A DNA stretch of 64,000 bases from Clostridia bacterium (GTDB taxonomy: Bacteria > Bacillota > Clostridia > Christensenellales > DTU072): positions 12,570-76,569 of the forward strand of contig DAONQC010000006.1 of the NCBI GenBank assembly GCA_035409945.1, given 5' to 3'. Made by a program: the position numbers and the translations under genes. Every line of letters starts with the position of its first letter. The stretch's first letter is position 1. The notes beneath the pieces are model-generated. The model saw nothing but the letters and a program-made list of their open reading frames with translations, was not told the DNA's origin and searched no databases. Positions 44,060 to 53,583 of the stretch are shown in pieces.

Positions 44060-44983
44060 ATGAAAAAACAAGTTAAAATTATTATGGTAGTATTATGTAT
44101 CTGTGCTTTAGTTGGCACCATAGCCATAGGCCTAGCTGGATGCAAAAAAGATGCAGAAAAAGATATCACAGTCATATCAAGAGAAGATGGAAGTGGTACA
44201 CGAGATGCGTTTGACAGTCTCATTAAAAAAGACGGTGCAAGTTTGGTAAAAGATGCAAATGGAAAGAAATATACAACAAGCCCATTTGTTAAAAGTATTG
44301 AAATGCTAAGCAAAACTGGTGATGTTAAAACTAAAGTCTCATCTACCAAAACAGCTATTGGATATATATCCTTAGGTTCTTTAGATAATACAGTTAAGGC
44401 ATTAACCATTAACGGTGTAGTTGCAAGTTCTGAAAATGTATTAAATGGAACATATTTATTAAAGCGCCCGTTCGTTATAGTTACTTCAAATAGTACTACA
44501 TTAACCGCAGCAACAGATGACTTTGTTAAATATCTAAAAAGTTCACAAGCCCAAATCATAGTTAAAGGACAAAAGTATGTAGAGCAAGCATCTACTACAG
44601 CCTACACAGCACCTGCTACGGCAGTATCTGGAACTATATACATAAAGGGCTCGACGTCAGTTGATCCATTAATGGATAAGTTAATTGCAGACTATCAAAA
44701 AATAGGTGGAGCAAAAGTCAGTGGCATAGAGTTTGAAAAAGACGCACAAGGATCATCTCACGGTATAACCGCAGCAAAAGAGGATACTACGGGTAATGTG
44801 ATTGGTATGTCATCTTCAGCTATAAAAACAGCAGACGCAGGTAGCTTAAGCCAATTCAATATTGCATTAGATGCAGTTGCGGTAATAGTGCATAAGGATA
44901 ACGGCATACAGAATGTAACAATAGAACAATTATTTGATATCTACACTGGTGCTATAACGAAGTTCTCACAGATTACTGCATAA
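44060..44983 (+). CDS. pstS: Phosphate ABC transporter substrate-binding lipoprotein PstS (segment order permuted relative to B. subtilis/E. coli PstS)
   Basis: Lipobox LAGC. VISREDGSGTRDAF and AIGYISLG...NGTYLLKRPF come before IKGSTSVDPLMDKL...ALDAVAVIVHKDN...IEQLFDIYTG. Confidence 0.85.
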   Translation: MKKQVKIIMVVLCICALVGTIAIGLAGCKKDAEKDITVISREDGSGTRDAFDSLIKKDGASLVKDANGKKYTTSPFVKSIEMLSKTGDVKTKVSSTKTAIGYISLGSLDNTVKALTINGVVASSENVLNGTYLLKRPFVIVTSNSTTLTAATDDFVKYLKSSQAQIIVKGQKYVEQASTTAYTAPATAVSGTIYIKGSTSVDPLMDKLIADYQKIGGAKVSGIEFEKDAQGSSHGITAAKEDTTGNVIGMSSSAIKTADAGSLSQFNIALDAVAVIVHKDNGIQNVTIEQLFDIYTGAITKFSQITA

Positions 44984-45105
44984 GGATGAGGTTACTCCTT
45001 AACGGGAATTATTAAAACAACACCTAGCACTTGTTATTTAGACAGGTGCTAGGTAGGTTCATTAAAGATGTAGGGAGGGCTTTGATGAACGACTAACTAG
45101 ATAGA

Positions 45106-47058
45106 ATGAATCAAGAAAAGACAGATAAAGTAAATTTAAAAATTAATAAAGAATTAGGGATGAAGATTTTGTTTGGGATAGCAGCGTGTGTTGCTATATT
45201 AGCCACAATAACTATCTTCATCTTTTTATTTATAAAAGGCGTCCCCGCGATTAGAAGAATTGGCTTGGGAAACTTTTTATTTGGTCAAACCTGGCGACCA
45301 GATACGCATGATACATATGAAGGTGAGATATCTGGGATTTATGGGATATTCCCTATGATTATAGGGACTTTGTATGCTACGGTAGGAGCTGTAATAATTG
45401 GTGGAATATTAGGATTTTTTACTGCTGTATTTCTATCAAGGTTCTGCCCGCCAAAAATAAAGCCAATTTTAACCCAGCTTGTGAATTTGCTTGCAGGGAT
45501 TCCTTCAGTTGTGTATGGATTTTTTGGCATGCAACTATTACTTCCTCTACTTGGAGAAGTTTCGCCAAACGGCTCAGGTTCTGGGATTTTAGCGGTATCT
45601 ATCATATTAGGTGTTATGATTTTACCTACCATTGTTGCACTCTCAAAAACTTCTATCGATGCAGTCCCTGAAGCATATTATACTGGTGCTCGTGCAATAG
45701 GTGATAGCCATGCAGGAGCGGTGTTTGGAGCAGTGGTTCCAGCAGCAAAGTCTGGTATAGCGGCAAGCTTTATTTTAGGGATAGGCAGGGCTGTCGGAGA
45801 GACTATGGCGGTTATCATGCTTGCTGGAAATAACCCAGTTATCCCTACAACGCTATTTTCATCCTTTAGAACAATGACAGCTAATGTTGTTCTGGAAATG
45901 GGCTATGCAGGTGAATTACAACTTGGTGCATTAATAGCAACTGGGTGTATATTATTTTTCTTTGTGTTAGTAATTAACACACTCTTCGGATTAATACGCG
46001 GAAGCTCTGAAAAAGTCGAAGGGAAAAACAAGCTAGGTTTGTTTATCAAAAAGATACAGAGAAAAAGGTCAACTAACAACCTCTCTGATTTAGCAAGTAA
46101 CATATCTGAAAATCGAGTCGATAACATTAAAAAAGAATCTAAATTCAAGCAAGTTATGAAGGGCGTAAAAAGAGATATACAGCGATTTAGAGAGGGGTTT
46201 CAATCTTTATTAAACCGTAGGAACAAGGTGATTATTCAGATAAAGACGATACTTTGTTATGTTTGTACTATAGTGGCTGTAACTGCACTTATTACTATTG
46301 TGGTATTTATATTTGTGAAAGGAGTGCCGAATATTACTTGGGACTTGATAAGCCGCAATTTTAGTTATGGTGAAGATCCAACCATAATGCCATCTATAGT
46401 TGTTACCATAATGCTGATAGCTTTAAGTATGGTAATAGCTTTACCTTTAGGTATTTGCACAGCGGTCTTTTTATCAGAATATACTAAAAAAGGCAATAAA
46501 TTTATTAAGATAATACGTGGTGCACTAGAAATATTATCGGGCATCCCTTCCATCGTTTATGGACTGTTCGGTATGGTCTTTTTCTGTGTAATGCTGAAGC
46601 TTGGAACTAGTGTTCTTGCCGGTTCGTTGACGGTAGCGATTATGATAATACCAGTTATATGTCGCTCAACTGAAGAGAGCTTAAAGATGGTACCACAAAG
46701 TTATCGAGAAGGTAGTTTTGCGCTTGGCGCCGGTAAGGCTAGAACTATTTTTAAAGTTGTTATACCTTCTGCTATGCCAGGCATTTTAGCTGCTACCATA
46801 TTAGCGGTTGGGAGGGTTATAAGCGAGTCTGCGCCGCTAATGTTCACTATGGGCGCATCGCTTAAAGGAGTTCCTCGAACCGGTTACTTAGGTAGTGGGA
46901 CATCTTTAGCTGTTGCATTATATATATTAGCAGGGGAAGGATTGTACATAAAAGAAGCTTATGCGACTGCCTGTGTGCTCATATTAATAATACTTACACT
47001 CAACATATTATCAACACTGCTCGTCAGCAGACTGCAAAAGAAGTTCGTTGGAAAATAA
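45106..47058 (+). CDS. Fused PstC-PstA phosphate ABC permease
   Basis: Two MetI-type permease halves (EAA-like AYYTGARAIG... and SYREGSFALGAGK...) joined by a basic linker of about 70 aa. Confidence 0.85.
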   Translation: MNQEKTDKVNLKINKELGMKILFGIAACVAILATITIFIFLFIKGVPAIRRIGLGNFLFGQTWRPDTHDTYEGEISGIYGIFPMIIGTLYATVGAVIIGGILGFFTAVFLSRFCPPKIKPILTQLVNLLAGIPSVVYGFFGMQLLLPLLGEVSPNGSGSGILAVSIILGVMILPTIVALSKTSIDAVPEAYYTGARAIGDSHAGAVFGAVVPAAKSGIAASFILGIGRAVGETMAVIMLAGNNPVIPTTLFSSFRTMTANVVLEMGYAGELQLGALIATGCILFFFVLVINTLFGLIRGSSEKVEGKNKLGLFIKKIQRKRSTNNLSDLASNISENRVDNIKKESKFKQVMKGVKRDIQRFREGFQSLLNRRNKVIIQIKTILCYVCTIVAVTALITIVVFIFVKGVPNITWDLISRNFSYGEDPTIMPSIVVTIMLIALSMVIALPLGICTAVFLSEYTKKGNKFIKIIRGALEILSGIPSIVYGLFGMVFFCVMLKLGTSVLAGSLTVAIMIIPVICRSTEESLKMVPQSYREGSFALGAGKARTIFKVVIPSAMPGILAATILAVGRVISESAPLMFTMGASLKGVPRTGYLGSGTSLAVALYILAGEGLYIKEAYATACVLILIILTLNILSTLLVSRLQKKFVGK

Positions 47059-47167
47059 TGAGATGTTTGCAAATAAATGATAAAAACAATCTAGCGAATG
47101 GCAAAAGCAATACCAACACTACTTGCGGGCTCGTCTGAAAAAGAAGTTTGTTGGGAAATAATAGGGA
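47011..47167 (+). repeat. 3' echo of pstCA (one copy, 102-nt period)
   Basis: TCAACACTGCTCGTCAGCAGACTGCAAAAGAAGTTCGTTGGAAAATAATGAG versus CCAACACTACTTGCGGGCTCGTCTGAAAAAGAAGTTTGTTGGGAAATAATAGG. Confidence 0.8.
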
Positions 47168-47197
47168 ATACAGAAGTGTTAATAATTAATCTAGTTA

Positions 47198-48025
47198 ATG
47201 GTAACGAAGGAGAAAATTTTGAAAAATAAAAAAAGAAAAAATCAAAATAATCTATTAGATGAGAAGAAAATATTAAACGGCAATATAGAAATTAAAAATG
47301 CAAATCTTTGGTACGGTGAATTTCAGGCCTTAAAAAACATAACAATGAACATCCCTGAGAAAAAGGTAACTGCTTTCATTGGCCCCTCTGGCTGTGGAAA
47401 AACCACTCTTTTAAAGTGTTTAAATAGGATGAATGAGTTAATCCCTGGCTGTAGAACGGAAGGTGATTTTAGGATCGGTGGTGTAGATATATATAATGGA
47501 ATTGATGTAAATCTGCTTCGTAAGGATGTAGGTATGGTTTTTCAAAAACCTAATCCATTTGCTATGAGCTTATATGATAACATTTCATATGGGCCTAGGA
47601 CGCACGGTATAAAATCTAAGTCAGCTTTAGATAATATTGTAGAAACTAGTCTTAAGCAAGCAGCAATGTGGGAAGAAGTAAAAGATAGATTGCATAAATC
47701 TGCTCTGGGGCTGTCAGGCGGGCAACAACAACGGTTATGCATTGCAAGAGCCCTGGCTGTCCAGCCGAAAATACTTTTAATGGACGAGCCAACTAGTGCG
47801 CTAGATCCTATCTCTACTGGAAAAATAGAAGAACTTATGGAGATATTAAAAACAGATTACACCATTGTAATAGTTACTCATAATATGCAACAAGCAACTA
47901 GAATTGCAGATGAAACTGCTTTTTTACTACTAGGAGACCTTGTTGAACATGGTAAAACCGAAGATGTATTTAATACACCAAAAGACCTGCGCACAGAAAA
48001 TTATATCACTGGAAGATTTGGTTAA
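47198..48025 (+). CDS. pstB: Phosphate ABC transporter ATPase PstB
   Basis: [34 protein letters not shown]. The start may instead be TTG at 47219 (AAGGAG 6 nt upstream). Confidence 0.95.
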   Translation: MVTKEKILKNKKRKNQNNLLDEKKILNGNIEIKNANLWYGEFQALKNITMNIPEKKVTAFIGPSGCGKTTLLKCLNRMNELIPGCRTEGDFRIGGVDIYNGIDVNLLRKDVGMVFQKPNPFAMSLYDNISYGPRTHGIKSKSALDNIVETSLKQAAMWEEVKDRLHKSALGLSGGQQQRLCIARALAVQPKILLMDEPTSALDPISTGKIEELMEILKTDYTIVIVTHNMQQATRIADETAFLLLGDLVEHGKTEDVFNTPKDLRTENYITGRFG

Positions 48026-48074
48026 TAAAAATATAACTGAATATGTTTTTAGGAATAGGAGGTATTAGGGTATA

Positions 48075-48734
48075 ATGGGAATAAGGAATAGATATGAATC
48101 TGAACTCAAATTAGTCTTTAACAAAATGATAGACATGTGTAGAGCAGTGGAGAACGCTATAGAAAAATCAATCAATGCTTTGGTACTTAGGGATAGAGAT
48201 TTAGCAAAGGAAGTAATACAAGAAGACCAATATATAGATGATTTAGAAAGGGATATAGAGAGGGACTGCTTAAAAATTTTGTTACTTGAACATCCTGTTG
48301 CAAGCGATTTTAGAGATATCTCCGCTGCACTCAAGATGATTACTGATTTAGAACGGATTGCAGACCAGGCCGCTGATATATCAAGCATATCTTTGCAGTT
48401 TGGCGATGAGGAGTATATAAAGAAATTAGAGCATATACCGATTATGGCGAGGCTTACTCAGTCAATGTTGCATGACGGCATACAAAGTTATATAAATAAA
48501 GATTTAGCAGTTGCGAGGTCGCTAGATAAGCGGGATGACGAAGTCGATGAGCTTTTCGAAACGATAAAAAAAGAGTTGGTCGAAATAATCAAAAAAGATA
48601 CAGATACAGCAGATCAAGCCTTGTTGCTTATGATGATTGCGAAGTATCTAGAGCGTATCGGTGACCATGCTGTCAATGTAGGTGAGTGGGTTGAGTATGC
48701 TATCGCTGGGTACAGAAAAACAGGGGTTGTTTAA
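48075..48734 (+). CDS. phoU: Phosphate signalling regulator PhoU
   Basis: Two PhoU repeats with ERI(A/G)D motifs (DLERIADQAADI, YLERIGDHAVNV). Confidence 0.9.
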   Translation: MGIRNRYESELKLVFNKMIDMCRAVENAIEKSINALVLRDRDLAKEVIQEDQYIDDLERDIERDCLKILLLEHPVASDFRDISAALKMITDLERIADQAADISSISLQFGDEEYIKKLEHIPIMARLTQSMLHDGIQSYINKDLAVARSLDKRDDEVDELFETIKKELVEIIKKDTDTADQALLLMMIAKYLERIGDHAVNVGEWVEYAIAGYRKTGVV

Positions 48735-48897
48735 CAGCTAATTATATATTTAAGCAGCCGAATAACAATCTTGTTTGAGAAATTGTCGCAGTTACAAATA
48801 ATAACCAAATGTTAATTATAGGATACAATAAAATACTAAAAGGTAGCCTAAATCAATAATATAATAATACTTTATAGGATGAGAAAGAGAGGGGTGC

Positions 48898-49572
48898 ATG
48901 GAGAACAAACAACTAATATATGCAGTCGATGATGAAAAGTCAATAAGAGATCTTTATGATTGCGCGCTAGCAAGTTCAGGGTTTGCAGTTAAATGTTTTG
49001 AAAACGCAGAGACGTTATTTAAAGCAATTGAAGAACAAAAGCCAGATATGTGTCTACTAGATATTATGCTAGATGGAATGGATGGATATGAAATCCTTTT
49101 TAAACTTAGAGCTGAAAGCGAAACCTCTAATATTCCAGTGATTTTAGTATCCGCAAAAGGAGAAGAAATTAGCAAGGTAAAAGGCTTGAATTTAGGTGCT
49201 GATGATTACATTGAAAAGCCATTTGGCATTATGGAACTTGTGGCAAGGATAAATGCTAATTTAAGAAGAGTGGTTACAAAAACTGTTTCCAAAATACAAT
49301 ATAAAGATATATTCATTAACGATGCTGCTCACGAAATCAGTATTGCAGATAATGTTGTGGAACTAACGTTGAAGGAATATGAGTTACTGAAACATCTAGT
49401 CGCAAACGCTGAAAATGTTGTGACAAGAGAAGATTTATTAAATACAGTTTGGGGGCCGAATTACGGAGAGACAAGAACATTGGACATGCATATTGCTTCG
49501 CTTAGAAAAGCTCTATCTGATTCCGAGACGCAAATTAACACTATTAGAGGCGTAGGGTACTTGTTAAAATAA
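48898..49572 (+). CDS. OmpR/PhoB-family response regulator (phosphate regulon)
   Basis: Receiver domain (DD...LLDIMLDG...K) plus a winged-helix ending TIRGVGYLLK. Context with pst genes and a PhoR-like kinase. Confidence 0.9.
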   Translation: MENKQLIYAVDDEKSIRDLYDCALASSGFAVKCFENAETLFKAIEEQKPDMCLLDIMLDGMDGYEILFKLRAESETSNIPVILVSAKGEEISKVKGLNLGADDYIEKPFGIMELVARINANLRRVVTKTVSKIQYKDIFINDAAHEISIADNVVELTLKEYELLKHLVANAENVVTREDLLNTVWGPNYGETRTLDMHIASLRKALSDSETQINTIRGVGYLLK

Positions 49573-49850
49573 AGGCTTGTTTAGACAACCGCCCAGGTGC
49601 GACAAACTAATATGTGTGGGAGTTGTTTGTTAAAACAAAGGCTTGCTTATACAATAGCCCTGAGTACAACAAACCAATGCGTGTAGGTGCTTTTTAAAAT
49701 AAGACTTGCCTAGACAATTCTGGATGTGGTAAATGAAATGCACGTGGGTTACTTGTTGGAAGAACTTGCCTCTAAAATGGAGCCGATTCGACAAATGAAA
49801 TATGATAGGCAACTTGGTGAAATAAAGGCTTACCTATACTATGATTGTCA
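49548..49850 (+). repeat. 3' echo array of the response-regulator gene: real end plus four degenerate copies (about 63-nt period)
   Basis: Anchors AAAGGCTTG/AAGACTTGC/GAACTTGCC/AAAGGCTTA at 49571, 49637, 49701, 49762 and 49824. The array fills the whole RR-HK intergenic region. Confidence 0.85.
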
Positions 49851-49877
49851 TGCAATCTATATAAAGATGAAATAGAA

Positions 49878-51563
49878 ATGAAAAAACGACTTATTATCTT
49901 TAATACCCTTATTGTAGCAATTGCGCTAATTTTGATGTTTGTGCTAGGCGTTTATGTTACTAAAAACAACAATCGAGAACAAGCCGAAGCCACAATTAAA
50001 AATTTAACCAAGATTTATAGTGGTTATTATTTAAAAAATCCAGATGAAACACCAGTAGTAGTTGATGATATGAGGCTTACAATCATAGAAGCTTCTGGGA
50101 AGGTGACGTTTGATAACAAAGCCGATGTTGCTACTATGGATAATCATATCGATAGAGAAGAGGTGCAGCATGCTTTGGAGGGAAAGCCACAAGTTGTAAT
50201 AAGAAGGTCAAATACATTGAAAAAAGAATTAATGTATTATGCCGAAAAGGTGGATGTAGGGGATAGTTATGTTTTCATTAGAGTGTCAACTACTATAAAA
50301 AGTGTTGATGCATATGTGTTAAAGTCTTTACCACTTATGATAACTATATTCATAGTTTCATTATGGGCTGCGGCAATGGTAAGTATATTTATATCCGATA
50401 GTTTACTTAAACCGTTTAAAGGCATTAAAAGCAGCTTAGAAGCTATAAACAAAGGTTCATACAATCCTGTCCTTCGTTTTTCAGGTGATGCCGAAATTAA
50501 TAGTATACTTGGCGAGATAGACAGGATAAGCGAAAAGATTATGCAAATGGTAGATGCTTCCACTCAAGAAAAGGAAAGAATGGATTTCATTTTTAACAAT
50601 GTTTCAGATGCTATAATCGTCTTCAATTTTAGGGGAGATATTGAACTGATAAATCACAATGCCCTTGATTTGTTTGGAGTTACCAATGCAATAGGTAAAA
50701 AAGCTAATATATTAACTGGCGACACGGTTTTTGTAGATGCAATTCAACAGTGTGTAAAGGAAAGCGAAAATAGTATTTTTGAATATACACATGGCCCCTT
50801 CATATATCTAACAGCAGTAAGAAAAGTGGAAAATAGGTTAACCATTGTAGTTTTATCAGATATTACGGCAACAAAGAATGCTGAGAAAAACAGGAGCGAC
50901 TTCTTTGCGAATGCCTCCCACGAGTTGAAAACACCTTTAACATCAGTAAAAGGATTTAATGAACTTATTATGCTGAAGTCAAAAGACGAGGAAATAAAAG
51001 GTTTTGCTACACATATAGAAAAAGAAAGTACACGTATGCTAGCATTAATTGATGATATGTTAAATCTATCCAAACTAGAAAACCAAAAAGAATTAAAGCC
51101 TATTGATGTTGATCTAAAGGAAGTTACAGACGAAGTTTTTGGTACTCTTTCCCAATTTGCATCCGATAAAAATATCTTACTAAGCGTGCAGGGGAGTGGT
51201 ACTGTCTATGCAGAAAGGGAACATATTTTTGAGGTAATAAAGAATTTAGTAGAAAACGGCATAAGGTATAACAATGATGGCGGAAAAGTCGATGTTAAAA
51301 TCTCTATGAAAAAAGATAAAACCATACTTGAAGTAGAAGATAATGGGATTGGAATAGACGAAAGTAATCAAACCAGAATATTTGAAAGATTTTATAGAGT
51401 TGATAAATCACGTTCAAGAGAAACAGCAGGGACAGGGTTAGGGCTAGCAATCGTTAAACATGCTGCTGAACTATACAATGCGAATGTGAGACTGCAGTCA
51501 AAAATTGGCGTAGGAACATCAGTTAGGGTAATTTTCAAAACCACACCTCATCCAGTCAAGTAA
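49878..51563 (+). CDS. phoR: PhoR-like sensor histidine kinase
   Basis: Two TM segments, PAS-like segment, H-box SHELKTPLTS, and N/G boxes (NGIRYN, DNGIGI, GTGLGLAIV). MKKRLIIF start preferred. Confidence 0.85.
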   Translation: MKKRLIIFNTLIVAIALILMFVLGVYVTKNNNREQAEATIKNLTKIYSGYYLKNPDETPVVVDDMRLTIIEASGKVTFDNKADVATMDNHIDREEVQHALEGKPQVVIRRSNTLKKELMYYAEKVDVGDSYVFIRVSTTIKSVDAYVLKSLPLMITIFIVSLWAAAMVSIFISDSLLKPFKGIKSSLEAINKGSYNPVLRFSGDAEINSILGEIDRISEKIMQMVDASTQEKERMDFIFNNVSDAIIVFNFRGDIELINHNALDLFGVTNAIGKKANILTGDTVFVDAIQQCVKESENSIFEYTHGPFIYLTAVRKVENRLTIVVLSDITATKNAEKNRSDFFANASHELKTPLTSVKGFNELIMLKSKDEEIKGFATHIEKESTRMLALIDDMLNLSKLENQKELKPIDVDLKEVTDEVFGTLSQFASDKNILLSVQGSGTVYAEREHIFEVIKNLVENGIRYNNDGGKVDVKISMKKDKTILEVEDNGIGIDESNQTRIFERFYRVDKSRSRETAGTGLGLAIVKHAAELYNANVRLQSKIGVGTSVRVIFKTTPHPVK

Positions 51564-51582
51564 ATCACCAGGTAAAAACATA

Positions 51583-51625
51583 AAAACATCGTCTATTAAT
51601 AACGATGTTTTACGTTGTTGTTTTT
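51583..51625 (+). terminator. Terminator after phoR
   Basis: 10-bp stem AAAACATCGT (51583-51592) / ACGATGTTTT (51602-51611), with a T-rich tail. Confidence 0.6.
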
Positions 51626-51714
51626 CCTACCCGACTTGGTCCACAAACAAGTACAACTTGAAATATACTATTTAGTAATTGAAACCTTCTTTCGGCAAGT
51701 TTATTAGTGTGCAT
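51610..51714 (-). pseudogene. 34-codon N-terminal fragment of an AAA+ (DUF4143-type) ATPase
   Basis: GGAGAGGTG RBS plus ATG, then MHTNKLAERRFQLLNSIFQVVLVCGPSRVGKTTT*. It stops right after the Walker A motif and abuts the phoR terminator. Confidence 0.4.
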
Positions 51715-51940
51715 ATTATCACCTCTCCGAGTAATCTAAACTATACTTTATTTTACTCGAAAACATAAAGAGCCAATACGCAATCGTGTTTTTTGAAGAT
51801 TTGGTTTTTTATATTCTCATAGAAATAAAAATAGAAAGGATCTAGAAATCTAGTCCAGTCCTATAAAGTTGGAATTAAATATTATAATAAGTAAGCTCTC
51901 TATTGGGACCATAGTAGTTGGATTTTATTGCTAGTATTTT

Positions 51941-51976
51941 ACAAACAAAAAGGACTGATATTCTCATATCAATCCT
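51941..51976 (-). terminator. Terminator after tRNA-Val
   Basis: Minus strand reads AGGATTGATA-tgagaa-TATCAGTCCT followed by TTTTTGTTTG. Confidence 0.7.
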
Positions 51977-51988
51977 CTTGTTTTTGTT

Positions 51989-52064
51989 TGGTGGGAACAA
52001 CAGGGCTCGAACCTGTGACCCCATGCGTGTAAAGCATGTGCTCTCCCAGCTGAGCTATGCTCCC
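51989..52064 (-). tRNA. tRNA-Val (anticodon UAC)
   Basis: GGGAGCATAGCTCAGCTGGGAGAGCACATGCTTTACACGCATGGGGTCACAGGTTCGAGCCCTGTTGTTCCCACCA. Cloverleaf is foldable and CCA is encoded. Confidence 0.9.
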
Positions 52065-52231
52065 ATCGAACATTTAGCGCATGTAGAGAAGGTCTAAACA
52101 TTTCTCTTGCTATGGATAAGCATAACAAAGCGAGAGTTAAAAGTCTAGTATTTTTTTATTTATCATAATAACATTGAGACCGAGACCTTAAATTGATTGA
52201 AAATATTTTGGTATAAAAGGCAGTGCTACAT

Positions 52232-52360
52232 TTCGATTATAGTCGAAGAAAATATGTAAATTTATAAAAGTTTTGATTACAGTCGAAAAATATAGGTAAA
52301 TTAGAAAAAGTCTGGTTATGGTCGAAGAGAAGATGGTGGTGGCAAAGATTTGGAAGTGTT
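52232..52360 (+). repeat. Three degenerate tandem repeats of about 42 nt between tRNA-Glu and tRNA-Val
   Basis: TTCGATTATAGTCGAAGAAAATATGTAAATT... / TTTGATTACAGTCGAAAAATATAGGTAAATT... / CTGGTTATGGTCGAAGAGAAGATGG... Confidence 0.7.
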
Positions 52361-52373
52361 TTAAACTTAACCA

Positions 52374-52404
52374 TATAAAAAGCATCCGTCGAAATGCGGA
52401 TGCT
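52374..52404 (-). terminator. Terminator after the fMet-Met-Glu tRNA cluster
   Basis: AGCATCCG (52381-52388) / CGGATGCT (52397-52404). The minus strand continues TTTTAT. Confidence 0.6.
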
Positions 52405-52416
52405 TTGTATATTCTT

Positions 52417-52492
52417 TGGTGACCTCAAGGGGATTCGAACCCCTACTGTCGCCGTGAAAGGGCGGTGTCCTAACCTACTAGACGATGAGGCC
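52417..52492 (-). tRNA. tRNA-Glu (anticodon UUC)
   Basis: GGCCTCATCGTCTAGTAGGTTAGGACACCGCCCTTTCACGGCGACAGTAGGGGTTCGAATCCCCTTGAGGTCACCA. Confidence 0.9.
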
Positions 52493-52501
52493 ATCAACGT
52501 T

Positions 52502-52578
52502 TGGTAGCGGCGGTCGGAGTCGAACCAACGACCTGCCGGGTATGAACCGGCCGCTCTAACCAACTAAGCTACGCCGCC
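52502..52578 (-). tRNA. tRNA with CAU anticodon (elongator Met, or Ile2 if lysidinylated)
   Basis: GGCGGCGTAGCTTAGTTGGTTAGAGCGGCCGGTTCATACCCGGCAGGTCGTTGGTTCGACTCCGACCGCCGCTACCA. The anticodon stem lacks the three G-C pairs of initiators. Confidence 0.85.
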
Positions 52579-52592
52579 AAGATTGATGGTAT

Positions 52593-52667
52593 TGGTAGCG
52601 GGGGAGGGATTCGAACCCACGACCTCTGGGTTATGAGCCCAGCAAGCTACCTCTGCTCCACCCCGCG
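52593..52667 (-). tRNA. Initiator tRNA-fMet (CAU)
   Basis: CGCGGGGTGGAGCAGAGGTAGCTTGCTGGGCTCATAACCCAGAGGTCGTGGGTTCGAATCCCTCCCCCGCTACCA. Has a 1-72 mismatch (C1/U72) and GGG/CCC in the anticodon stem. Confidence 0.9.
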
Positions 52668-52787
52668 ACGATGCTTTTCTATAATATCAACATATAAAAA
52701 TGTTGTCAACTAATATTTATTAGATAGCGTTTAGGTAAAAGGCGGGAGTAAAATCCTGACAAAATAGAACTATATAAGTTACTTTTA

Positions 52788-53459
52788 CTAGATATGTAGT
52801 ATTTTTCTAAACTCCCATATGAGGCGTTTTAGACCAAAGATCAAAATGAATAATATGTTAAGAGCACCTAGAGAAGCTGTAATGGCAGTAAGGATTATAA
52901 ATGTTCCATCATAAATGTAATATAGGACAATAGGTAAAATAGAAAGTAGGGAAAGCATAAGTAACGAAACTATATACTTTCGGGGTTTTTGTATGTTTAA
53001 AAACACATATATGTACATTGCAATAAGGGCTAAAACATTTATAGAAGGGAGTAGATATTCAAAAATAATATTTTTATTATTTAATGCAAAATATGTCGAC
53101 GCTGCAATTATAGACAGTAGTATTGCTTGTGTTAATATCTGAGAAGAAACATATTTTTGGATGTAGAATTTTATACGGAGCCAAAAGAAAATATCTACTA
53201 AAATTGCAAACACTATGTATGAGTACTTAATTTGAAAATCTGTTAAAAATCCCTCTACCAGTAAAGAAACAACGCCACAAATAATGGCCACTAAAACAAA
53301 ATATCTGTCTAGTTTTAAAAAGATACTCGAATGGACAAAACCACGCTTTGGGAAATAGGGCTTTTCTTCGCCAGTTTTATCAGTAACAGGATTATGGCAA
53401 AGAGGGCAGTTTTCACCTTCAGATAAGATCTCTACATTACAGTTATTACATTTTGCCAT
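52788..53459 (-). CDS. Zinc-ribbon membrane protein (hypothetical)
   Basis: N-terminal CNNCNVEI...CPLCHN followed by about 5 TM helices. MAKCNNC start preferred. Confidence 0.5.
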   Translation of the reverse strand: MAKCNNCNVEILSEGENCPLCHNPVTDKTGEEKPYFPKRGFVHSSIFLKLDRYFVLVAIICGVVSLLVEGFLTDFQIKYSYIVFAILVDIFFWLRIKFYIQKYVSSQILTQAILLSIIAASTYFALNNKNIIFEYLLPSINVLALIAMYIYVFLNIQKPRKYIVSLLMLSLLSILPIVLYYIYDGTFIILTAITASLGALNILFILIFGLKRLIWEFRKILHI

Positions 53460-53583
53460 ATATATCCTACTTCGTCTGTTAACCAAATAATTATTATCAT
53501 TTTAAACTCAGAAAGTTCCAAACCCTCGCTATGACCAGTACACTATCAGCCTTACTTAAAACGCTTTGAAATGGACGACAATA

